The translations under genes and the position numbers were made by a program. The notes under the pieces are model-generated. The model did no database searches and was not told the DNA's origin. It saw nothing but the letters and a program-made list of their open reading frames with translations. Shown piece by piece: positions 10,300 through 21,215 of a stretch of DNA of 48,547 nucleotides; the stretch's first letter is position 1, and each line of letters starts with the position of its first letter. This stretch comes from Octopus bimaculoides (taxonomy: Eukaryota), in the NCBI RefSeq assembly GCF_001194135.2, contig NC_068981.1, positions 18,521,625 to 18,570,171 of the forward strand. The letters are read 5' to 3'.

Positions 10300-11680
10300 C
10301 TTGCCCAGAACTCAAACCTGTGCATTAATGATCTCACTATCTCTACTGTTCCACGTAAAAAATGCTAGAAATACCTAGGCATTGGAAGTTCAGTGAATAA
10401 AGATAAAGTGACCTTAGAATATTATACAAGACCTAGAAAAATATGACTGTCGGAACTCTCTTCTTACAAGAATATATCCAACAATGCATTTGTAGTAGCA
10501 GCATTTGGGATACTTGATTGGTCTGTAGATGAAATCCACTCCATAAACGTATAAGCCCGTAAGATCCTGGCATCAACTGAAAGCTTCCATAGAAACAGTG
10601 ATATCGACAGGCTCTACATAAGCAGAAGTAATGAAGGTAGAGGTTTGAGATCGGTGTAGACCGCCTTCGAATGTCCTATAGTCTCTCTCAGACATCACTT
10701 GCTAAACAACAGCGTCAATAATAAACTTAGTGCTGAAAAGCGAAGAGAAACATCCTATGTATCGACAGTGAGCTCCTCAGGAAGTACTCTCTTCCTGATG
10801 ACTTTCCATACAACCCCAAAACAACCTAACGTACCTCAAAGAGGACCTGTATGTGAAACGCTCTGCATACCAAAAGAATGAAAGAAAAGAAATTTATGCA
10901 TGGGTGTGTTCACGGAAGACTTCATGAAGACAGACAGTAATATCGACACGAAGCGCAGCCTCTCTCGAACTCGTGACAGCAACATCATTTCTCTCTTCGA
11001 AGGCTATTCATTTGCAAACAAGAACAGGAGACAGCTACGAAATACCTAAAAAAGGAGAGACAGAGAAGGTCTGGAACTCCAAGATGGAAACAAAAATGTC
11101 GATTATGTCATATTTCTGTGGAAGACATCTCATATGTGATTTGTCGCAACTCAAAAATGTCATCAATGTACTACGTCCCTATGCTACAACGGCGTTATCC
11201 AAAAAACAATATACAGTGCCATTTGCAAAACAAAGACTGTCCTGAAATCAAAATAGAGAATCTCTGTTACTGAATACGTACATAAACACTAATACAAGGA
11301 ATATTGGTGGAACATTCCCATGAAAACACCTGTCAAGTGTAAACGTAACAAGTCAGATATTGTTCTTTGGAGAAGGGTAGAAGAATGTAGTCGTAGAGGT
11401 CAGCCGTCCTGCTGACGTGAATATTTATTTGAAAATCAAAGAGAAAGGTGATAACTATGGACAACTGCTTCGAAACCTCCAGCTTCTATACCCAGGTTAT
11501 AAATTCATCTTAATTCCAATAACAATTGGTGCGCTTTGTTTTGTGAATAAATATCTAACTGATAATCTGTATAAGCTAGGATTTTCAGAAAAAGAAATTG
11601 ACCAACTAAGTCGCACATTACAAATACAATCTGTAAGTAGAACATTAAAAGTAAGCAAGATTTTATCAATTTTTTAAATA
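10300..11680 (+). mobile_element. 3' half of R4/Dong-like LINE, family C (RT C-terminus, CCHC, RLE), decayed
   Basis: KYLGIG.., FHRNSDIDRLYISRSNEGRGLRSV, CRLCHISVEDISYVIC, KCKRNKSDIVLW, EVSRPADVNIYLKIKEKGDNYGQLLRNLQLLYPGYKFILIPITIGAL. Confidence 0.9.
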
Positions 11681-11786
11681 TGAATTTGTATTTGTTATCT
11701 ACATTCCAAGAACGGAGCTTTGTAACATTGTTATAAGCCAGCTTCTTCCTCAGAGGAAGAATTCAAATAATTAAAACAGAAGAGAA

Positions 11787-11999
11787 CATACATACACACA
11801 TACGAACCTACATACATACATACACACTCACAAACACGCACACATACATGCATGCATACATACAGGCATGCATACATGCATACATACATACATACATACA
11901 TACACACTCACAGACACACACACGTACATATATACATACATACATAATGCATACATACATAGATAGATAGATACATACATACATACATACATACATACA
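11787..11999. repeat. (CATA)n/(CA)n/(GATA)n compound microsatellite
   Basis: Visible directly. Confidence 0.95.
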
Positions 12000-12536
12000 G
12001 GTAGACCACCAGTTTTCCGGCACTCTCGGTTTCCCTATCTGTTAGAACTTTTCATTTTGCCGGGTTAACAGAAAGCATGTAACAATAATCTGGCAGACTG
12101 CCGCAACATTATTAACTTCTGCTTTGCTAAACCTTTGGGACACACTTTTGTTTATTCGTAAGAAATATTCTTCCAGCCCTTCAGCTACAACAACTTGAAC
12201 GAAAATGTTAATCTAATGCCACCTGCTAACTACTGGGTCCCCATCGGACTCTCTCCTGAAAAGTAATTGTGAAAGGTATATATTTATCGTTTCCTCTTTC
12301 ATACAGGGACCATATTCTCTGCAATGGCGGTAAATCTTCTATTAACTTTTTTGCTTTGCAGAGAGAGGGTCCTTAGGAAGTTAGGTTAGCAAGTGACGTT
12401 ACATTTAGTTTTAAACATTTCTATCTTCACATTATTATAAGTTTGGTACAGGAAGTGTGTTTCCGGTTTCGTATGTTACGAGTAAATATGCAAATGTGTG
12501 TTGTGAAGGCTTGGTGGCGAAAGAGTTATTAATAAG

Positions 12537-12712
12537 CGTTTCAAATTTTGGCACAAGGCCAGCAATTTCGGGAGATGGAGTAAATCGATTACATCGATCT
12601 CAGTACTCAGCTGGTACTTAATCTATCGACCCCGAAAGGATGAAATGCAAAGTCGACCTCGAAAGGAATTTGAACTTAGAACGTGAAGGCGGACGAAATG
12701 CCGGTAAGCATG
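12537..12712 (-). mobile_element. 5'-truncated SINE family 1 (tail A)
   Basis: Box B-like, central domain and tail GCTGGCCTTGTGCCAAAATTTGAAA on the minus strand. Confidence 0.88.
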
Positions 12713-12983
12713 TATCCGCCACCTCATCACATTGAAAGAGTTGTTGATAATGGTCACAGCAAATTTAAGAATATTCACATAATTTTGTCCGAATTAAAAG
12801 CGGTAGCGAAGCATCCGCTGCCGGGAAATTGACAGCGTATTCTTTTCTTTATATAATTTTAAAATCATTTTATTAAATGCCTTCTTAAATTGAAATGTCT
12901 TAGATTTATTTCTGTGCTATTTCCATCTCCATCTTTATATATATGCCTTTTGTCTCGTAGCTATATGTTAATCTTTGACGGCT

Positions 12984-13053
12984 GGTTACTGAAGAGAATT
13001 TGCCGAGTAAATTATTTTATTTACTAAAAAATCCGAAACCTATAGGTCTAACC
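12984..13053 (+). ncRNA. Type I hammerhead ribozyme motif (PLE-type, palindromic stem III)
   Basis: GGTTA-CTGAAGA-[stem II closed by G12996-C13034, distal AGTAAAT/ATTTACT]-GAAA-CCTATAGG-TC-TAACC. Stem I is 5 bp, the core is complete, the site is GUC, and ACCTATAGGT is a perfect palindrome. Confidence 0.75.
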
Positions 13054-13277
13054 GTTAAAAATAAGGTAAAAGTTATTATTCTTTCTTCCCTTTGAAATAT
13101 TTTAACTTTTTCTGGTTTTCGGTCGTTTTGACTGTCTTCTAGCGTGTAGAAATTGCCTGTTATATGTAATTTCTCTTGTATTCTATATATATATATAACC
13201 TCCACATAATAAAACAACGGCTAACTAGCCCAACAGAATTGCTTCTTCTTGTATTTGTTGCTCCATTCTCCACATAA

Positions 13278-13300
13278 ATATATATATATATATATATATA
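13278..13300. repeat. (TA)n tract, left flank of PLE
   Basis: Visible directly. Confidence 0.97.
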
Positions 13301-15285
13301 CCTACGTTGGACTCCTCATTCGTATCATTATCGAACCTGGAGCTTAACTATAGTCTGTCCATAGCACTTATTTAGCATTTCCTGACACCTTCGGGTCTTC
13401 TTGACACCAATACTTCTCATACGCTCGACTTCTCGTTATTATAAGCACTTATCTCAGGTAACGCTTTCATAATGGATAAACAATTTCTTGGCATCTCTCT
13501 TAAGGATACACCTATTCCCCCCACAAAAGTCTTTCCTCTTACTCCTCCTTACTAAAACTAAGGACTTCATCCGCAGAATGTGATGGAAAGCTTTTTTCCA
13601 TTACAGTCAAAAATGCAGAAATGACAATAATAGCAACACCTAGAACTTCAAATCATATAAACACTCCCCACACATCCCCCATCTCAAAAAATTTGAAGCG
13701 GATATGATTAATTTAATTAGAAACATTAAATTCTCCAAATACATATCCCCCTTTCAAAAAAAAAAAAAGCTCTCACACACCATAAAACGAATCTCTGCAT
13801 CCTCCAAATTACACGTATTCTCGGATAAAACAGGAAATATTTACCCCATTACTATTGAGGAATATAATACATTCATAAAGAAAGAACTCAACAAATCCTA
13901 CAAGCTGGCACCAACATCTACACTAAATGACATCAACACAAACCACTGCAAACTTATGAGGAAATTACAAGTGGATGACCGAATGGAACTACACCGCCCT
14001 ACACCTCCACGCTTCAACTTCAAGGATCACGAGAAGGACTTTATTACCAAACTTTCAATACGCCTAATATGCCCTACCAAATCCGACCTAGGAAGAGTAA
14101 GTAAAAATATTTTAGACAAAATAATACCAATCGTCAAGGAAAGATTAGACATCAACCTATGGTCTCATACAGGCGAAGTTATTACTTGGTTCCATCTCTT
14201 AAAAAACAAAAACTCTTATTCCTTCCTATAATTCGACATAAATAATTATAATTACTACTCTTCTATTTCTCCTAAATCAAGCTCTTCTTCTAGCTTATAA
14301 CCTTACTAACTTAACCCTATTAGAAATTAACATAATCCTTAATGCCCGCAAAACCCTTATTTCTTTTGAGGACAAACTCTGGTGTCAGGCCAATCACCAT
14401 AACAATAACCATAGCAACCTATTTGACATTACCATGGGATCATCTGATTCCGCCCAGGTCACTGACCTGGTTGAAATATAAATACTCCACCAGCTCCAAA
14501 TACATTTCCCTAACACCAAAGGAGGTCTCTACAGGGATGACGCCTTGATAGTTACCAAAAGCATAAATAAATCCTCCTTGGAAAGAACTAGAAAGGACCT
14601 CTAACCTAAACCTGTCTATCACATACGAAACGCTCACAAAACATCTAACTTTCTAGACGTAACTCTAAACTTATTAACCTCCCAATACACCCCTTACCAC
14701 AAACCTAACCAATATCTTAAATACCTTGACATTCATTCTAATCACCACATATCCACTTTTGATAATATAATCAGGGGTATCTCAGCCCGTACATCCGCCC
14801 TCTCTTCCACAGAGGAAATTTTCAATATCCACGCACCATATTACAATCAAACACTCGGCGCTAGCGGCTTCTCCCAACAAATACCAGGCTCAAACAATAT
14901 ATATCTCAAATCACATCTCAAAGACGCGCCAACCATCACAATCGCAATCGATTACACACACTCTTTGATAGAACCCCGGAAGATCTTACACCCGGACAAC
15001 CTGGACCCCACACGCATACATTTCACACTAGATCAAAAATTAAAAAAGCTAAAACAGCTAACAACAATAGGCCTTGCTACCCGTATCCCACGTCTGTTTT
15101 CATTCTTCAACTTCACTCTGTATTTCATATCTTCTCTATAATAACTATTACTTAAACATTTTCTCGTACTGTCTCTGATGAAGCAATATATAAAATATCC
15201 CAGAAACAGCCGTACGTAAGACCTCTTTATAAATGTTCTGAAAACTATTCACAGCCTTAGATTTTTTAATCTCATTCTGTTAATT
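13301..15285 (+). mobile_element. Penelope-like retroelement (RT resembles Hydra-type PLEs), disrupted ORF from ATG 13472
   Basis: MDKQFLGISLKDTPIPP/..TKTKDFIRRM*WKAFF..FSDKTGNIY..FKDHEKDFITKLSIRLICPTKSDLGRVSK..VITWF..FL*FDI..FDITMGSSDSAQVTDLV..GGLYRDDAL (catalytic YxDD)..NFLDVTLNL..YHKPN..YLDIHSNH; (TA)n on both sides. Confidence 0.88.
15171..15222 (+). ncRNA. Degenerate hammerhead-like motif in PLE 3' region
   Basis: GTCT-CTGATGA-...-GAAA-CAGCCGTACG-TA-AGAC; stem I GTCT/AGAC present, stem II unpaired, stem III carries an apparent CGTA duplication. Confidence 0.5.
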
Positions 15286-15324
<39 letters not shown>

Positions 15325-15410
15325 ATGTGTATGTTTGTATGTATGTATGTATGTATGTATGTATGTATTGTATGTATATATGTATGTATGCATGTGTGTA
15401 TGTGCGTGTG
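15286..15410. repeat. (TA)n(TG)n(TATG)n compound microsatellite
   Basis: Visible directly. Confidence 0.95.
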
Positions 15411-15412
15411 GG

Positions 15413-15635
15413 TGTTAAAAACTATCTTGTTTATATAGATTATCTTCAGCATCCATGAGTGTGGAATGCTATCCAATTCCTTTCGGTGATCAATCCAAGC
15501 CATGCTACGGTTTGTTTTCTTCACTCTCACTGTCGTCTCTGATAGCTCAGTTCTTCAGCAGCTATTCTTTACACCTTTCCTGGTGCCATGTTTGGTTATG
15601 TATTATTGTACTCCAGAAGTGTAACAAGTTTGTTG
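15413..15635 (-). mobile_element. R4/Dong-like RT fragment, inverted copy of 16255-16476
   Basis: RVKKTNRSMAWIDHRKELDSIPHSW (RT motif W.DYxKAFDS.PHSW); about 15 differences from 16255-16476 over ~222 nt by hand alignment. Confidence 0.88.
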
Positions 15636-15849
15636 TGCTACATAGATACATACATTCTTATACATACATGCGTGTGTGTGCGCGTGCGCATGTATGTGTA
15701 AGCATGTATGTATATGAATGAGAAGACTCAAACATAAAGCTTAAACAATTATCAGTAAGAGTGTGCAGGATGAAATGCTTTTAAAAAGATGAACGTTTCT
15801 TCCCTGAGAATAAGGTATTGGAATCAATTACTAAAAGATTCTACAGGGG

Positions 15850-17280
15850 GAATTAACAAAAGAAACATAACGCTGGAAGATGTGCCGATATCAATGGAAA
15901 TCCAAGCACATTGAAAGGGAAAAATGAAACCAAAACATTTAATGGAACAAAAGATCTCAGGGGATCAAAAGGGAAGAAAACATATATAACATGGCAACCA
16001 TAGCCCATCTTAGCGGGCACGGAACTATCAACACAATAACAGCTGCAAGATGTTTGAAAGCTCAAACACTAAACCGCTATCAACGGGTAGCGGCATTCAA
16101 TGAAGTGACAAGCAGGCTAGTATCAACACTTGCTTGGATGGTAGAGGGGGAAATCATACTTATATTCCAAAATATAAATACCAAAGTGTCTAAAAGGTGT
16201 AGACATTTAAACTACTTGCGAACACGATATAGAGCGCCTTTCATCTATGCAATGCAACAAACTTGTTACACTTCTGGAGTACAATAATATATAACCAAAC
16301 ATGGTGCCAGGAAGGGTGTAACGAATAGGTGTTGAAGAACTGAGCTATCAGAGACGACAGTGAGAGTGAAGAAAACAAACCTTAGCATGGTTTGGATTGA
16401 TTACCGAAAGGAATTGGATAGCATTCCACACTCATGAATGATGAAGATAATCTATATAAAGAAGACAGTTTTAACATTAATGAAATTCGTCAGGCATGTC
16501 ATGATGACATAGAAATGCCGTTTCGAGGCAAAAGCGATGCGATTAAAATCATCCCTCTACACATAATAAGAGGACTCTTCTATGGGTACTCCCTATCCTC
16601 TCCTACGCTTTTGCGTAGCGCTAACCCCATTAGCAGAATTGCTGAACGAAACTAACATGTGGTATAGATGATACAAGAAGCTTTCAACCGTCTCCTTTAC
16701 ATGTGTAACTTAAAGATATTTACAAAGGATAGTATCGAGATGTAAAGCCTGTTAAAAATTGTGCACGAATTCAGCGGAAAGGTAAGCATGAATATGGTAT
16801 TAGACAAATCACCATCGTCGCGATAGTGAGAAGTAAATTAATTAGAAATGAGAATATTAAATCAGACCGAAGAGATCAAAATCGGAGAATTAGATCAAAA
16901 CTTGCCATACAAATAGTTAAAACTCTACGAATTTGATAAAATACAACGGAAATGACGGGGAAAATTATCAACGAGTAACTCAATTACAAATTAGATTTTC
17001 GAGATAAACAAACTAGCAACTGAATGAATAGCAAAGCTTACGCAGAAAAGCCAGGAAATAAGCCACAGCGTTTCGAAGTCACAATCTCAAAGCTGATACC
17101 AAAATTGACACCTACATTACACACAAAAAAGAGCAGATCTGATGCGCATAGAAAATAACTACAACATAACAATAATATGACTAGACCCATAATGCACAAG
17201 GTAAAAAGTGATATCCATAAGAAAAGGAATCTTTCAAGGAGATTCATTACCCTTCTCTATTCTTTTGAGTAACGCTGATT
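15850..17280 (+). mobile_element. Decayed R4/Dong-like RT region (probably two fragments)
   Basis: WIDYRKELDSIPHS, IIRGLFYGYSLSS (GIFQGDSLS-like), LLYMCNLKIF (YMDD-like); a second KGIFQGDS at ~17220-17245. Confidence 0.75.
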
Positions 17281-17328
17281 CCATTAATAAAACTGTTGAA
17301 AACAAAAAAGAAAAGCAAACTTTATATG

Positions 17329-17666
17329 TTTGATTTTCAAATAGATATTCGGGTCAGCAGGACAGCTGACCTCTGCGACAGTACATTCTTCTTCCCTTCT
17401 CCAAAGAACAATATCTGACTTGTTACGTTTACACTCGACAGGTGTTTTCATGGGAATGTTCCACCAATATTCCTTGTGTTGGTGTTTATGGTAAGTATTC
17501 AGTAACAGAGATTCTCTATATTGATTTCAGGAGGATCTTTGTTTTGCAAATGGCTTTTGTTTTTGGATAACGTCGTGTAGTATAGGGACGTAGTACCTTG
17601 ATGACATTTTTGAGTACCTACAAATCACATATGAGATATCTTCCTCAGAAATATGACATAATCGAC
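17329..17666 (-). mobile_element. Family C LINE fragment (CCHC to RLE), inverted relative to 11098-11440
   Basis: Reverse complement aligns nearly throughout with 11098-11440; RLCHISEEDISYVICRYSKMSSRYYVP. Confidence 0.9.
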
Positions 17667-17729
17667 CAACTTTATATGTAAGGAAACGACGAAGTGCTGA
17701 AAAGAAACTCACTACATTGAAGTAATAGA

Positions 17730-18200
17730 TTTAGACAAGAACAAAATAACTGGAAGGTTAGAAAAACAAAACAAAATCAGAATGGATTTCAAGAATATAT
17801 TTAAGGAAACACGGAGAAGAACTAGTGCATGGCTCGATGCCAGAGTAATTACCAACAATGATTTAAATCTTTGGGTAAAACCATAAACCGAAGGTCGAAG
17901 GTCTGATTCTAAAGGTACGGGACCGATACTTGAACACAAACAACTACAATAATAAAATACGGGAAGATGCTAACATCAAGTGCAGAGTGTAGGCAGTGCA
18001 GTGAGAGAGTTGATCAAATTATCTCTGGTTGCCTTGTCGTTGGTTTGGCCGAATATGTATGGAGACACGATCGAGTACGTAGCAATGTAAACTGGGCAAT
18101 ATGCCAATACTTCGATGCGAAAACAGTCAAGAAATGGCATAAAACAATTACCATAGAACGCTACACAACAACGACTTAGCCACAATCATCTGGGGAGAAA
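17730..18200 (+). mobile_element. R4/Dong-like LINE fragment (pre-CCHC and CCHC region)
   Basis: EGLILK.., CRQCSERVDQIISGC.., YVWRHDRVRSNVNWAICQYF..KKWHK. Confidence 0.8.
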
Positions 18201-18599
18201 AAAAAACCTATCAGAACTGACAAGGGGATCAAGGCGGATATAATAACAATCAAAAAGTAGAGAAAAATACACGCTCACTGACAGACATCAATATCTCCTT
18301 TGATAAATAAAAAAAAAAACAAAAAAAAAAAACATTGCACGGAAGAAATTTGAGAAACTGTCCAAATAGAAGGATTTTGAAATTGAAATAAACAGGATAT
18401 AGGACAGCCAGCGAAGAATTATACATGCTAGGAGAATGTGGTTTCATTTGTTTAGAATTGTTATTGATACATAATTTTCAGTAATTGAACAATTTACATT
18501 ATTTAACTTACGGTGGAGTTTTTCACGCTACACCATCATAAAAACACAAAAGCTCTTAATTGCATTCTAAAATATCCCCTATTACAAACAAGCTGTTTG

Positions 18600-18645
18600 T
18601 TTCTGTCTCTTTCTTCCTCTCTCTCTCTCTCTCTCTCTCTCTTTT

Positions 18646-18716
<71 letters not shown>

Positions 18717-18890
18717 CACTCTCACGTCTTCAGTTTGTATACCTATTTGTCCATCTCACCCCACCTCTCTCTCTCTCATACACACAATCTCCTTTCTCAG
18801 TTTGTCAGTTTGTATATCTCTCTATCCGTCTTTGTCTCTCTCACTGTCTTTCCACACGCGCGTGACCAGACAGACACGCACACACATATA
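18600..18890. repeat. (CT)n-rich low-complexity tract
   Basis: Visible directly. Confidence 0.93.
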
Positions 18891-19227
18891 CGCACAAATA
18901 AATGATTTGGGAACAGGAGTCATATAATTAACTTTATTAGCTTACGGCTGTTTCTGCTATAAAAAAAAACAGCGCACTCAGAGCATTCAGAGTGCTTGAG
19001 GAACACCATACAGCTTCACGTGACACCTGTTCCTTTGTCATCCATCAATTAGTATTGTGATCTGTACTCACATAACATTTTACCCTAAAGAAAATGTATA
19101 TTTTGTTCTAACAGCTGGTTATTTGTATAGCTATACCTAGGTAAAATCATCATCATCATNNNNNNNNNNATCATCATCATCGTCATCATGTATATAAGTG
19201 TGTGCGTATGTGCGAGTGTATATATGT

Positions 19228-19467
19228 TATTCTTTTATTCTTTTATTCGTTTCAGTCGTTTTGACTGCTGCCATGTTGGGGCACCGCCTTTAGCCGAGCA
19301 AATCGACCCCAGGACTTATTCTTTGTAAGCCTAGTACTTATTCTATCGGCCTCTTATGCCGAACCGCTAATTTACGGGGACGTAAACACACCAGCATCGA
19401 TGTCAAGCGATATTGGGGGGGGGACAAACACAGACACACAAACATACACACACACACACAAACACAC

Positions 19468-19514
<47 letters not shown>

Positions 19515-19582
19515 CGATAGGCTTCTTTCAGTTTCCGTCTACCAAATCCATTCACAAGGCTTTGGTCGGACCGAGGCTATAG
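19228..19582 (-). mobile_element. SINE family 2 (CORE-like), 5' end lost in assembly gap
   Basis: Reverse complement matches 6960-7290; its internal microsatellite is (CA)n on plus at ~19425-19506. Confidence 0.9.
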
Positions 19583-19772
19583 NNNNNNNNNNNNNNNNNN
19601 NNNNNNNNNNNNNNNNNNNNNNNNNNNNNNNNNNNNNNNNNNNNNNNNNNNNNNNNNNNNNNNNNNNNNNNNNNNNNNNNNNNNNNNNNNNNNNNNNNNN
19701 NNNNNNNNNNNNNNNNNNNNNNNNNNNNNNNNNNNNNNNNNNNNNNNNNNNNNNNNNNNNNNNNNNNNNNNN

Positions 19773-19819
<47 letters not shown>

Positions 19820-20250
19820 GTATGTATATATGTATGTATGTATGCATGTATATCGAATGCATTCTTCTTCCGCTGAAGTACTCAATACGTTATAAGCATA
19901 TGGTGTCATTATAATCTTTATCAGAAATATCATGTTGCAACTGTTTCACACACGTTTGACAAAACTGCTTTGTGGAAACAGGAATAATGTGGCATCGCTA
20001 ATACAAATATGTATATGTTCGTGTGTGTATATATGCATGAATATATATGTACACACACACGCGCGCGCGTACGCACATATATATGTATGCATGTATATGT
20101 ATACACTTATTAATATATATATGTGTACTTATTAATATATATGTGTGTATATATATATATATTAATATATATATATATGTATGTGTGTGTACTTATATGT
20201 GTGTGTTTGTATGAATGTGTGTGAGTATGTGTGTTGTATGTTTTTGTGTG
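19773..20250. repeat. (TA)n/(TATG)n/(TG)n microsatellite clusters
   Basis: Visible at 19773-19850 and ~20010-20250. Confidence 0.85.
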
Positions 20251-20577
20251 AGGATGAATAACAAAGAGAGCCAAAATTAAGAAAATTTTACAAACACATG
20301 ACAAGTTAGCTACAAGCAAATATCAAGAATATTTTTTCTTGAAAAAAATGTCATCGCTGGTCGCCAAGCAAAATGATATTAAATACTGAATGACCAAAAG
20401 TGTAAATGGTGTCTTATATTCAAGAATCTTGAAATTAGTGTCTACTTCTAATATTTTCTTTCCCTTTTTCCAAATTATCCAAATACTAGGAATATATTAT
20501 TCACCTAATTTTTCTTAGTTATGTAAAATATCCTTCATACGTACTCAAATTCCCTTATTGTGTACTGGTAGCTTTGA

Positions 20578-20960
20578 GGAGGCGCAATGGCCTAGTGGTT
20601 AGGGCAGCGGACTCATGGTCGTAGGATCGCGGTTTCGATTCCCAGACCGGGTGTTGTGAGTGTTTATTGAGCGAAAACACCTAAAGCGCCACGAGGCTGC
20701 GGCAGTGGGTGGTGGCGAACCCGGCTGTACTCTTTCATCACAACTTTCTCTCACTCTTTCTTCCTGTTTCTGTTCTAACTGTATTTCAAAGGGGCCAGCT
20801 TTGTCACATTCTATGTCATGCTGAATCTCCCCGAGAACTACGTTAAGGATACACGTGTCTGTGGAGTGCTCAGCCACTTGCACGTTAATTCCACGAGCAA
20901 GCTGTTCGGTTGATCGGATCAACTGGAACCCTCGTCGTCGTAACCGACGGAGTGCCAACA
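20578..20960 (+). mobile_element. tRNA-derived SINE family 3, full length
   Basis: Head GGCGCAATGGCCTAGTGGTTAGGGCAGCGGACTC...GGTTTCGATTCCC (boxes A/B), followed by ~310 nt of non-tRNA body ending GACGGAGTGCCAACA. Confidence 0.85.
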
Positions 20961-21025
20961 CAGGGAGGTCAGTTGAACATCTCTCGAGGATAACATTATT
21001 TTACATATCGAGCGACAAATATTGA

Positions 21026-21215
21026 TTTCAAATTTTGTCACAAGACCAGCAAATTCCAAAGAGAGGCTGAGTCAACTGGTACTTATTTTATCGACCCTGA
21101 AAGGATGAAAGGCAAAGTCGACCTCGGCGGAATTTGAACTCAGAACGTAAAGGCGGACGAAATACGGCTAAGCATTTTGCCCAGCGTGCTAACGACTTCA
21201 GCCAGCTCGCCGCTT
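21026..21215 (-). mobile_element. SINE family 1 (tail A) with internal deletion
   Basis: Minus strand GCGGCGAGCTGGCTGAAG...GAGTTCAAATTCC...central domain...CTGGTCTTGTGACAAAATTTGAAA. Confidence 0.9.

Noticed and set aside
12262-12361. Apparent GT...CAG micro-introns flanking a 23-nt exon
   Set aside because: The implied introns of ~31-44 nt are too short for typical metazoan splicing, and no coding frame links them
13581-13583. In-frame TGA in IRRM*WKA as possible selenocysteine (some Naiad PLEs encode Sec)
   Set aside because: The position is normally Arg (CGA to TGA is simple CpG decay), and the same ORF has TAG/TAA stops and frameshifts
13704-14231. 175-aa ORF as an intact host CDS
   Set aside because: It is the middle of the PLE RT, bounded by in-frame stops and frameshifts on both sides
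20581-20655. tRNA-like sequence (also 6868, 36472, 38712)
   Set aside because: Boxes A/B are present but there is no complete acceptor stem or cloverleaf, and each continues into a SINE body
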